Assembly (NCBI RefSeq): GCF_000150275.1
Contig: NW_002060958.1
Coordinates: 340,374-404,373, forward strand
From: Trichoplax adhaerens
Taxonomy: Eukaryota; Animalia; Placozoa
Direction: 5' to 3'
DNA: 64,000 nt
Shown piece by piece: positions 52,259 through 64,000 of the stretch. Each line of letters begins with the position of its first letter. Position 1 is the stretch's first letter. Position numbers and translations under genes: made by a program. The notes under the pieces were generated by a model. The model ran no database searches, was not told the DNA's origin, and was given only the letters and a program-made list of their open reading frames with translations.

Positions 52259-54879
52259 TGTCCTGTAAGAAATAATGGAAAGAAAGATATATCGATATTA
52301 CTTCCATGTATTGACTTAATCAAAACGAAGAATACTACTTGTCAGAATTTTGTGTGTTTTGCTAGAATATTAACGACTTTAACGGCATTTCGCCGCATTG
52401 ATTTAAATGTTTGTATTTAAGTGTATTCGATTATTAAAGATTCTTATTTATGCTAAATATAGGTCAGTTATAGTTTGAGAGATTTTAATGTCAAACGAAA
52501 TCTTGAAATAATTAAAAAAACTTGGAGAATATACTAGTATTAGCAAAAGGTAAGCGAAGTAAAAGCTAGTACTTTATCAAATATGCATCAAATAAGCCTA
52601 AGAATAGAAGTAAGTTATATATAGCGCTAGAGATGAATACATTAAAGATCGATTTGTAATATTAGAAACAAACTCCATCCATTAAGACACCTATTAGATT
52701 TACTTACCATCAACGTTACGAATAAGCTGGCCGATAAATCTCTTATTTTATTCCTATATAGTTTACGGATTCTAAACTCGCTTCAAGATCATGATGCTGT
52801 TTTTATACGCTTCGCAGAGCTGTTGGTGGTATCAAGAAATAAGCAAGATACTATAATTCAAAACAGTTTTTAATAATACAAAGTTTCAATGCCAAAACGC
52901 GTTAAGATTTTATTACAAATACCGTAACATTTACAGACCAATAATTGTCTTTATCCTTTTATCTTGGATAATCATTTTGTAATGAAATTTATATGAAAGC
53001 CTGCATAAACAGCTATTAGAAAGATATTTTAGCCAAAGATAATTGTTTCGACCAATTATGACATTCAGAAATTCCCGGAAAAAGACGGCATCCATTGATC
53101 GATTCCTAGGAATGATTGCATTATACTGTTAACCCCTATAGTTAATTGAGTTTCATAGCTAGTAATGTGAAGGTTTTAAAACTAATCACAGCAAATAAAC
53201 GTCAAGTTTCGTTTGTTCGATAAGTTTTGCATTAAGTAGCAATAACAATTATAAAGTTAGATCAATTCTTTCATAATAATAAACGAGGTTGGGATTAGAG
53301 AGAACACCTGTATTCTTTATTTAACGATCTAGAGCCGCCATTATAGTATTAATCTATAGTAAATAATATCTGTCCCACGTAGCCGGTTCCTGCAGTACTT
53401 CACAATGGCGACGAGCAATGGAGGACTAGTACTATAACCTTAGTCCAAAGTTTTGCAATTGTTTTACGATTTAGAATGTAAATTAGGCATAGAGGACATA
53501 TTAGGTCTTTTCTGTAGGTATATGCTATCACAAATACTAGTATTTAAATATAGTAGTAAATCATTCAAGTACTCCGTTGTTTTATCAGTGCACGTAGACG
53601 AGTATTCACGATTATTAAAATTTGAGTTTCTCTTAAAAGATTATAAGTCCTGTATCATCAGGCAATAATTTAGGATCTACACGTATAGCATAATTCCTAG
53701 CTCTTAGTTACGTGTAGTGTAGTAAAAAGATAAATAAAAATATTAGCTACTTAATGGTTGCTAAGTTTGTTGTGAGTCAGTAAATCGTATATCTCAGCTA
53801 GCCGATATTCGGAGTACCTCGTGGGCTATCCTAGCTCCGTTTTGTCAAGATAAACCGAACGGTAAGAACTAGTGGTCAATTAGCTTTCTCCTGCAACAGA
53901 CCTACTAAGAAAAGTTGAGGACGAAGTTAAACTCTAGACTTAACTGGAAAGAATATCTCTACTTTTCGAATCGCGCTCCATTTATAAGCTTCACAGAGCT
54001 AGTAACTATTGATGCTATTATTATTATCAATCTATTATATTTCGGAATCATCTCAGCAAGCATACTTCTAAATAAAGGTTCATTAAGGCTTAAAAAACTA
54101 ATAACCATTGTAAAAATACTTTGACTTAACTAATGCTATCATACGATCAAAAAGGTCATAGCTGACCTTCAGTTAACAAGATTTTAATCATTAAAGCAAT
54201 AATCATAATAGCTTTTAGACTTTACATACAACAGCTAATGCCCAACTATCTTATTAATATCGTAACAAGAACAAACACGAAATTTTTTTCAGACATAAAT
54301 AATCAAATACAATCAAGCGTTATAAGCACTTCGCGGCAATAATTTATCAATTTGAACATTTAAATATAGAGATTACAATACCATGTTTACTTGGCATAAA
54401 AGTTCTATCTTGAAGGATAGACTATAGCTCCAATCGCGTACTAAGATATTCTAACCTGTAAAAGCTATAGATAGGCCCTTTCTTTAAGTATCATAGGGTA
54501 GGCTTTCACTAACTTGTGCTCAATTTAATAGATTTTGTGAAGTAAATAAGTACTACAAACGATAAGCTCCTCATCTAAGTATAAATAAAAAAAAGCAATA
54601 CTAAACATTGAGTAAACGATTATGGTAGTAACCTGATATCAATGCGCTTAAATGTTATAATACTGATAATTAATACATCATCAAATCAGCTCATTTTGCA
54701 GCACTAGGAATATCCATCAATAAAAAACATTCTGCTTGTAATAGTAAAGATATCTTACGTATAAGTTCAAACTTTATTATAGAAAAAGATCAAGTTTAGG
54801 AAAAGTAGCAGGAAAATCAATATTTTTTTAAGTAGACGTATATCTCATTTTATGCAGCAATGATAGCGAAAATATTGTT

Positions 54880-55480
54880 TGAGAATTACATTATAATTTC
54901 GATTCCTCTTTTGGAAATTATTTCATATACTCTTCTAATGTATATTGAATGCGATAATATTAACATTTTAAAGATTTTGTGGATCGTTTATTCTTGATCT
55001 TGAATCAATATAAATATTTTATAAGCACAATTACAGCTTAATAGAGTACATAATTTGATACATTACCCATATTTATATTTAATATTGCACATGGATAAAT
55101 GTTATAAAAGACAAGGACTGTAGTAGTACAAAGAAAAGAATAAGCATTAACGATGGAGTATTGGATGCCATTTGTAATTGACTAGCTGATATTTCAAACG
55201 TGTAGCGTCTAAGATTAGAACTGCTTTGGAATACGAATACTTTGAAAATGTTTTAGTTTCATAAACACTATAGTATTTCGGTGTTCGTTTTGCAACGGAA
55301 TTATTAACAATTTCTGTTCTACAAAGTGAATCTAATGTTTAGGAAAGCTTTGTATTCTATATTAAAATAACATTTTACGTCATTGATAAAACGTTATAAT
55401 GATCGAACTATGACTTTTCTACTGTCCAGCGTACTATTTTCATGTGATACTTGACTCTTTCTTTGGTTACCATTTTCAAA
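54880..55480 (-). pseudogene. Heavily decayed C-terminal remnant of the same membrane-protein family
   Basis: The minus strand reads ..EISASQLQMA.. (~55165-55200) and RRVYEIISKRGIEI (~54896-54937), matching EISISQLQVA and RRGYKIFFKRGIEF. It has many stops and frameshifts, and the upstream limit is approximate. Confidence 0.7.
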
Positions 55481-55819
55481 GTGCCATAGATGTATTTTTG
55501 ATGCTACTCTATCGAATAGGCCCATCCTTCTATTTTATGTAATTTAATAATATTGAGATGATTGTGATCAACAGCTGTAAATTGGGCTCAAGTAGGGTTA
55601 CTTCTTACCTGAAAATAAGGTTTTCTTTTTTAATCCTGACGAAAATGTACTGTTACTGGATAAAAAATTTTGGATAACCTCTCATGCATTGTAGTAACCT
55701 CTTTATATTAACCCTTATTCCTATGTGCATCTTTTATATTCATGGACTGGCAATTCTAAGCCTTTGCTGAGAAAATACTTGAAACTATCAATGCATGCAC
55801 ACAATCATTCCAATCTTAC

Positions 55820-56280
55820 TAAATATTACATGAAGTATGTCATTGCCATTTCGTACTTACTCAGACTATTAAACGTGTTTCTCATTCTGTAATGTGATTG
55901 AGTAATATTAGAATAATTGCAACCATGGACTAATGGTTAAATTTTATGCGATTTCTTATACATATAAATAGTTTCTACATACTCTTTTATGCCTGGTAGA
56001 TATTTTCGATGCTGCTACATGATATGGCAATGTTGGGATAAATGTGATCAAGAACGGACAATCGAAATTCGAGTAATTTCTCCTATATACTAGTAGCTTC
56101 TTCATATTCATTACTCTAATTTATGTACACTTTTCCTATATTATCATGTAATGTAGAAATATCAAGATGATCATGGTGAAGATTTGAAAATCCAATTTTG
56201 AGTAAATTTTCGTACATAGAAATAGCTTTTTCTTGCTTATCCTGGCTCATAAATGCATTTCACAATACTTTGACAACAAT
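55820..56280 (-). pseudogene. Decayed TPR-repeat gene (42-aa kinesin-light-chain/TPR_12-type repeats)
   Basis: NAFMSQDKQEKAISMYENLLKIGFSNLHHDHLDISTLHDNIGKVYIN*SNEYEEATSI*EKLLEFRLSVLDHIYPNIAISCSSIENIYQA*..MYKKSHKI*PLVHGCNYSNITQSH; multiple stops. Confidence 0.8.
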
Positions 56281-57001
56281 TTAGTCGTAGAAAACAATCG
56301 AACATCAATTTATTTAAAATTATAGAGATTTGCCACTAATAGCCATACAATTAGTTTATGACGAGATTGATAAGTGAAGAGATAGCAATAAGCAGAATTA
56401 GTACTGCCAGCAACTATACAAGCTTGCAATAAAGGAATAATCTCACCTACAACCTAGAGACCAAATGGTCTGCAAACGTCATATTACTTCTTCAAACGTG
56501 ATTCTCGTTTTGCTCCACTCTTAATTTTCTAATAGCATCACATTTTATAGTCTTCATAGTACTCATGGCGATAAAAGAAAGTGGATATTTAGTACTCTAT
56601 CACGCTCTAAATTAACTTGGACTAACTAACTTGTCCCACATATAAAAACACAAATTATAGAATGTCCAGACACGAATCACTTAAAGATTCTCTTACAAAA
56701 TAATATGTACTAGCCAAATTACAGTATTATCAAATACATCAATTTTTATCCCTGACAAGACTCTTGACTACTAAACTATATGAAAAATTTAAAATGAATC
56801 TTTAGATAGCAAAATTTAGTCATAAAAACAACGATTGAATTACTTTTTAAATAATACAATAGTTATATTCCCCCATATTATTTAATAAGGAGAATTAAAT
56901 GTATAGTGACACATCCATTTTCCAAATTAAATAGCTTCCATTTCTATGTTTTAAGGTTACAACGGACTTCATTTTCAGTCCTTTATAACAGTTTGATCAC
57001 A

Positions 57002-60000
57002 TTAACCTACAGCCAAATTTATTATCTGAGAAATAGAATGAAATTCGAAGCCTCTTTTGAAAAATATTTTATATCCTCTTCTGTATTGAATAATGCTAAG
57101 GGATATAATACTATCGATGAATTCTTTCTTGATCTTATATACGTTTGAGTATTTGAGGGAAATAACTGTAGCTAAATATACAACTGATGTATTTGCGATA
57201 ATCGCATTTAATGTCGTAAACGAATGAATTTTATAAAAGAGAAGAACTGTGGCAATGTAGCAAAAAAATAGAAATGTTACAATTAAAATATTGAATGCTA
57301 ATTGCAAGAGACTAATTGATATCTGAGGAGCGTAGTGTCTAAGATATTCGTATAATTCTACAGGAATACCAGTACATTGAGAATTGGCAGTTTCATATAC
57401 ATTATGGTACGTAGGTGTTAATTTGCTGCGAAAGTACTGTGGATCTTTATTCTGTAAGTGAACTTCGATCATCTTTATTAACGTATTGTAATTGTTATCA
57501 AAAGAACATTCTATGCAATCAAAACCACACTGCAATAATTTAACTGTGACTCTGTTGTTATCCAGCTTATTATATTGCATTATCATAGTGGATGTTCCAT
57601 TAACTTTATCATGATGGCCATCTCTTATACTTTGTTTGATATAAGCTTTGATGTGATATTTAATAATTTCATCATTCAACATTTCTGGGACATCAATATC
57701 TATTTCTTCAATACTACTGGCGCTAGTTTGAGTGATAATAAATTCCACTTGCAAAATTCCTTCCTTACTGTTCATTATTGTCTCGATATTTTCTTCTACA
57801 CTTTGCTGTACACGAATAATTCTTTCACGTATAAGAGGACCTCGGCTAGTGTATGCGCTTAATAATAGGTAAATATAATGCAAGTACGGAATCGCGGTAA
57901 TAATTATTACATGGAAATAGGCTGAGAATGCAATAATAAATGTCGTCACAGAAATAATGATTCTAAAAATCAACTGCAGTCCGCAAATCAACAGCACTAT
58001 AGTAGTGATGGAGTAGTAAAATGAGATTAGTGTCAATGTTGTAGACACGAAGCGATTTGTCAATGGCCAATTGGCTATATGGAGCGGTAATGTCCTTTTT
58101 AAATTCAATGTTAATAGCTTAGAAATGAAAAACACCGCTCGTAAAAGGCCAATAAGTCTTAATAAACAAAATGGTAGGCAAAGTAGAAACGTGAACAGAT
58201 CCTTAACAAATTGCAGTAATTGCATAGACAGCAAGTGGTATTTCATATCGATAAGGGTAATCTTCAGTTGAAGATATGACTGCTGGTCATGACTTGCTGT
58301 AATATATTTTTGTCTAGTTTGTAGCTCTTGGTCGTTTGTAAGACTTTTGCTAGATTGATATCTTGAATTACTAAATCTTATTTGTGTCAAGCGAGCCAAG
58401 ATTACGATCAAAGTATAGATAATGTTAATACCTACAGAAATCATAATTGTCAACATGATCGTGCGAGGAATCGAGACTTTAGCTATTTTAGGGTTAATAA
58501 TAAATAGGATTGTGTATCGCTGTATCATTAAAGATGCCAGTCCCAAAAGGCAAGACAAAATAGTCAATGATGATAATTTAAAGCAGTAAATAATTTCTGA
58601 CCAAAGCTTTTTGGTGGTGCAATTATGAAGATTGAAATACTTGGCGTTCTGAAATCTTAGAGAGTCTAAAATACGAATTTTGATCATTTTAATATGACTT
58701 TCTGCTTGAAGCAACGAAATATCACCGGATTGACGTGCTAGCCGATGGATTTCTTGGGATGATCCGAGCAATAATTGATCGCTGGATTCTTGATTTGGTT
58801 CCTGATCCGAATTAGTACTTAAAATCAGACTTGGCTCCTGATACTCACTCTCATTTCGGTCGTGGGGTGATTTAAGCTTTACATATCTATCAGAACAATT
58901 TTACAAGTATTAGTAGTCAGTATATGTAGGTTGTAGTAGGTAGCAGTTCATGTTTTAACCTAAGAAAAGATTAGGTTACAGTAAAAGCTAAATGTGATAG
59001 TATTTCTGATCTCTATATAATGGTATTATGAATCTGTTATGAGTCAGATATTGATATAAAGTACAATGCATAGTTAGAAAGAGATCGATTGTGATATTTC
59101 TAATAAAAGTCATAAAGATCTGTTCGCTAAGTATACTTCGTAACAGTAAATAAATTAAATGTAGATAGCTAAATATAATTCGGGAATATGTACTGTAGTT
59201 GTCATTTGAGTGGAATATTGCTTAATTAATCATTCATAGAACTCTTAAAAATTCATAGTTTTGGAATTAAAATTTAAGCTGCACAGATACCGGTTTTTGT
59301 AAAATCAATTACAAAAATTAGTAATGATCATGTTTCATCAAATATTCTTTTGGTCTATAATTACAACATTTGTTACCAATAACTAACCAGACTTGCATAA
59401 ATAGTACAAATATATACGCAGAAATAGATATCTTGAAGTTATACTGTCCTATTTATTCGATAGTTGTCACCCTTTCATAACTTTCAAAATCAAGCAACGT
59501 AGTGGTATCTTTCGTGATGAATAAATATAAATGACCTAAAGTTCAATTTTAGATTATCTTCGACTAATTGAGTATAGGTTTAGCCTGATTTACGAGCAAA
59601 ATTAATACTTGTAAGCTAGATTTATGATAAATTGAAATAAAAGAAGAAATACTGTGTCAAAGTATCATAGGAATACATATCTGCTAAACTAACTATAATA
59701 TAGCAGTAAGATTTAAAATTACTCGCAAAATATGATTTATGTTATTATATTAAAAATTTAGCCTACCGATAACTCCCTAGTTCTTCCAAAAAGCTCTTAG
59801 TAAGTTTATCAACTACTACAGCAGCCATACAGGAACTAATTGCTACGGAAATTATTTGCATTACTGGAAAGTACCATTCTTCTTCCTCTCGCTTTAAACA
59901 TGTATCAATATCTATTTTTGGATTGATTCTACTTCTTTTACAGCATGAATAGTCAACTGCATGGTTAGAATGTCCATCATTTTTAAGATAGCGTCGTCTA

Positions 60001-60518
60001 CATATTGTAAAACAAGCTTCCCCTTGGCAACTTTGATTTAAGTTCATAAATTGTACAAGTGTTGTGAATATGACATGAATTCGACATCGGTCATTTGGTA
60101 GCAATAGATAACAACCTTTGCTTGATTCCCTAAAAGATAAACGTTGAGATGATGTGAAAACTGAAGGAAGGCTTAAGCTTGTAGCTATGTAATCGCTAGG
60201 TAAAGAAATTAAAGCTTTGCCAAATTCATCTCTTATCCATGCATAATATGTTTCCGGGGCAGACCATTTCTGTATGTTCTGATTTTCAAGAAATAATTAA
60301 AAAAAAACGGCTTTTGTTGTTTTTGAGCGAACAACTTCTTGAAACTGAGCATATGAAGATGATCCATTCTCCACAATCAGATGGCAAGTGGGTAGGCAGA
60401 TAGAAGCATTTGTCGCTTGAACTGATGCCTTAAAAAATACTATTTGAAATAAGCAAATAATGTATGGAAGAATATATCGATATCGATATCTATACGTGAA
60501 TAAATCCGAAGGAATCAT
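57002..60518 (-). pseudogene. Membrane-protein copy F (exons 59767-60518 and 57002-58886), intact except one in-frame TAA at 60297-60299
   Basis: AVFF*LFLENQNI versus VFFNLTIDNKNL in copy E. The frame continues through ALISLPSDYIATSL to ELGSYR. The intron is ~880 bp, and the Cys motif is CGFDCIEC. Confidence 0.75.
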
Positions 60519-62859
60519 CCTGTAAGCAGCAGTTTGGTAAAATTTGATAACACCTGCCGAAGTTATTAAATAAATTTGCAAAAAATTTTGCAGAGATTGG
60601 TACCTGCTGATATTTTTTGCTACACTCCGTAGGTACATGAGATGAATACTGTAACTTTTTATTATATTCTCTTAAATACCTTTGCCCTAGTTTATATTTG
60701 CATTATGCTATTCTCTATAAAAGTATCTTTTCATTCCGAATAATTTTCTAGGTAGTAGCAAATGCAAAGTATAAACAGAATAATTAGGTCAATCATGGGG
60801 AAGAAAAAAATTGGAAAATCGGAATAACGCCTCATATTTTCAGCATCTGATTCTTCTACTTATGATTATCACGTAGAAAAGATGTGGAAGTATTGTAGCC
60901 TTTTGATTTTTATTAAGAAATGAAGTCTTTATCCTTTAATTACTTGAAGTGAATGGTAAAGTTTTAATTATTGCTATTAATGTAGTCTAATAGTTATTGT
61001 ATATTGTAACTTTTACCATGAGAAAATAGTTACTGCTTTCAAGGATAGTGCTAGACTCATGTAGGTGAGATCTTATCCAACCGATAAAACTAGACGCTTA
61101 AAATTGATTGATGCTACCTGATAATCAATGTGATATTCAAGTAAAACTAGTGCCAGAGAGATGCTATACTATACAGTACTATATAGTCTATTTACATAAA
61201 ACTTTATGTATTACTCAATAACTGCGAATCGTATTGGTGTATTGCATTATCAGAAATAGAACATTACTATATTTGATACTACTAGCAACCTTCTTCAATT
61301 TTTTTATTAGGCACTACTCAAGAATTACTAATAGTATTAATATATTACTAAAAACAGAACATGATAACGTTTATCATACCAGTAAACATCTAGAATTACT
61401 TTATTAATTAGGCACTATTCAAGAATTATCGATCGCATTTGTATGTTACTCAAAACGCAACGTTATATCGCTACATCATCAGCAGTTATCTATAATTGCT
61501 TTATTTAGCGCAGTGACTATTCTACATCACATAGTGCTTTACTTCATATCACTGTTCTATTTCTAACACGCCCTACTATAATTATTAATTGCCTGATATC
61601 GCTACAGTCCTATTATGATGTGCGATGTAAAAGCGATTCACGTTTACTCTTTATTAAAAAATCATCTTCTTGTCCTTCATAATGTCCAAATGACTGTTTG
61701 ATTTTTCTAAAGATATTTCCTAATCTCAATTTGCATGTACTAAATAATAGACTATTCGCTTGATCACGGTTAAGTTCCGTTCCTATTACTCCGCTATCAA
61801 CACTATTAGGAAAAGTATTTGTTAAACCCATCCTATAAGCCGAAAATCTTCTCTACTAGACGTCATATAGAAATTTTTTTAACCTGTATAATTCAAATCA
61901 TTATTTAATCACTAAAATATTTTTTTAAGCAATGAAGTTAATATCGAATTATGCCAGTTGCTACTAATAATATTTAAATACTCAAGTTGTTTCCAAATCA
62001 GCAATGAAGTATTTATTTTGCAAGTCCTTTGATTATGGCATTCGCTGTTATATTTGACATTAACCTTAAAGCATTTACATCGGTTCGTTGTATATGGCAT
62101 AAGGCAATAACAGAAAGAATATTTTTACAACGATCAAAATAGATTCTAATTGTGCAGTTTCCCTAAGAATAATGGCTACACTATGTTATACATCGCCTGT
62201 CGCTATACGAGTAAAAGATTGTTTACGTAAAATAAATTTTTTAGCATCGCAAAGTCTGTAAGTCAGGCCTTGCTGTGTATGAAACTTGTAATAGCTATCT
62301 ATAGAAACAGCAAAATAACACGATTACACATTTTTCAAATCGCCTTTACCTCTTTCAGGCTTAAGCTGCGGTATTACACGATGTTATCAACTGCGTAAGC
62401 TTTTAGTCGTTTGAATAATTTTTGCAGTTTGATTTTGCTTGTAACTGCAGATTCCTTTTTGCATTTCTGTATGAGCATTGGGCATTTGGCGCATTCATTA
62501 CTCTTTACATTCACATGTTATTATCACTGACATCTACCTACAATGTCAGACTTGCAGCAAATTAAGCATTCTCTCATTGGAATATTTAAAATGAATTAAT
62601 TCGTACGAATACATACTTAAGACTTTTAATGTGTACGAACAAGTAGGAAAAAGTAATGGAAATATGATAAAACTAGCGAAATTCTAGTACTTTTATCGAT
62701 CTAGCAACGTTTTTGCAGTACATTAAATATTCTATTAACTATCGAACGTTACCAAAAGATTCAGTAAATAATTTATCTTTTAATGTTAAATAAAAGATAT
62801 TTAATGCAGCAATTGTATGCGTATAACGTAAAAACAAACAAATTAATTTAGCTTTGATT

Positions 62860-64000
62860 TTAACATGAAACAGTGCTGTTAGCTTCAGAATTATCGTTTA
62901 ACAAGTCGTAATCGTCATGTTTCTTAGGATATCCAAAAGCATTTCTTAGTATATTTAAAATATATCTAAATTGAATCTCGCCATTATTAATGAATCGATT
63001 ATTCTGCGAATTTGCATTATTCAGCTGATTCATATTATCCAACTGATTCACATCATTTAACTGGTTAGTATTATTTGACTGACTGATATTATTCGACGTC
63101 GTGCTATCAAGTTGCAGCATTTCTTCATCATCGTCTGAGTTTTGATTAAAATTTACAAAAATCATCCGATATGCTTGAACTACAGGTTGAAAATGTATCC
63201 CTTCTGTACAAAAGAATTGATATCCTCTTCGATATTTAACAATATATGTAAGTAGAATCTCGTCAACTTCGTCTTCTGTTAATTCTGATATTTTAAGATG
63301 TTTAAGTGATAAAATTGTAGCTACATAGATAACAGGTGTTTTAGCTATAGCAGAATTTAACGATGAAAACGTTTGAATCTTATAATCCAGTAAAACTGTT
63401 AAAACAAATATGAAGAATAATCCGCTTACAAAAATAATATTGAAGAATACACGCCATAGACTGATTGATATTTGAGGAGCGTAATAACGTAGATATTGAT
63501 ATAACTCTAAAGGAATAGCAACAGGCTGATCGCAAGTTCTATCTTCGTGTTTCTTTTTATCTTTCTTCTCATCTTTATTGTCAGATTTATCGTTATCATT
63601 ACTTATGCCTTCATTACTATTTTTATCGTCTGCGTCAGCCACTTCTTTCGGATAGTAAATCTGAGTTAACTTTTTTTCGAAGCCTTCGATCTTGCTATTC
63701 TTTAAATATTGAGCTATATATTCTAGCATATGATTGATCTTTTCAGCTTGCGGACAATTAGTGCAGCCATTAATACACTGCTTTAATTTAACTTTAACAT
63801 TCCCATCTTGTAATATTTTATATTCAAAAATAATTTTCGAGTTTCCATCGATAATCTGATGGTTAGGCTTGCGATTCATCCATTCAACATAGATCTTGAT
63901 GTATTTTCGGATGTTAACATCTTCAAGCATTTCTGGTAAATCTATAAGGATATCATCGTATGCCATGGCTACATAGACTTCCAAATAACCTTGATTTGCT
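62860..64000 (-). CDS. Divergent membrane-protein copy G, partial (5' part beyond the window)
   Basis: IDLPEML, KVKLKQCINGCTNC, IPLELYQYLRYYAPQISISL, FSSLNSAIA, KYRRGYQFF; a D/K-rich insertion and an N/Q-rich tail. Confidence 0.85.
   Translation of the reverse strand, partial: ANQGYLEVYVAMAYDDILIDLPEMLEDVNIRKYIKIYVEWMNRKPNHQIIDGNSKIIFEYKILQDGNVKVKLKQCINGCTNCPQAEKINHMLEYIAQYLKNSKIEGFEKKLTQIYYPKEVADADDKNSNEGISNDNDKSDNKDEKKDKKKHEDRTCDQPVAIPLELYQYLRYYAPQISISLWRVFFNIIFVSGLFFIFVLTVLLDYKIQTFSSLNSAIAKTPVIYVATILSLKHLKISELTEDEVDEILLTYIVKYRRGYQFFCTEGIHFQPVVQAYRMIFVNFNQNSDDDEEMLQLDSTTSNNISQSNNTNQLNDVNQLDNMNQLNNANSQNNRFINNGEIQFRYILNILRNAFGYPKKHDDYDLLNDNSEANSTVSC

Noticed and set aside
34263-58271. Antisense ORFs (34263, 34892, 50234, 57575, 58071; also 5909, 26149)
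   Set aside because: They are shadow frames of real genes
28648-58771. Membrane family as GPCRs or radical-SAM enzymes
   Set aside because: No DRY/NPxxY or GPS motifs, the topology does not fit 7TM, and there is no radical-SAM fold context
61180-62100. Weak ~100-bp repeats and short ORFs
   Set aside because: Too degenerate, with no recognisable coding or element features

Overview
AT-rich, intron-dense, compact animal genomic DNA, most consistent with the placozoan Trichoplax. That call is an inference from gene style and a decayed 42-aa 'AISMYE.LLKI..S.L.H.HP.IA'-type TPR array. Left ~22 kb: five spliced housekeeping-type genes (unknown helical protein, cyclin T, Nop6-like RRM protein, KLHL18-like BTB-BACK-Kelch, TMBIM/Lifeguard). 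The two head-to-head gene pairs are each separated by palindromic GTACAGTAC-rich repeat fields. Cyclin T has a U12-type intron 1 and a GC-AG intron 4. At 25.2-26.5 kb, after two tandem-repeat arrays, is an intact, intronless, Rickettsiaceae-like murA with all catalytic residues and no bacterial neighbours, so it is a candidate symbiont-to-host gene transfer. Right ~36 kb: a birth-and-death cluster of an unrecognised ~875-aa family with a signal peptide, Cys-rich ectodomain, ~8-9 TM segments and an invariant CxxxCxxC loop. It comprises 3 intact copies, 2 single-lesion copies, 2 fragments and 1 partial copy. The cluster also holds a ~5-kb near-identical inverted duplication beside an assembly gap, a solo LTR with 5-bp TSD, a hairpin MITE and a TPR pseudogene.
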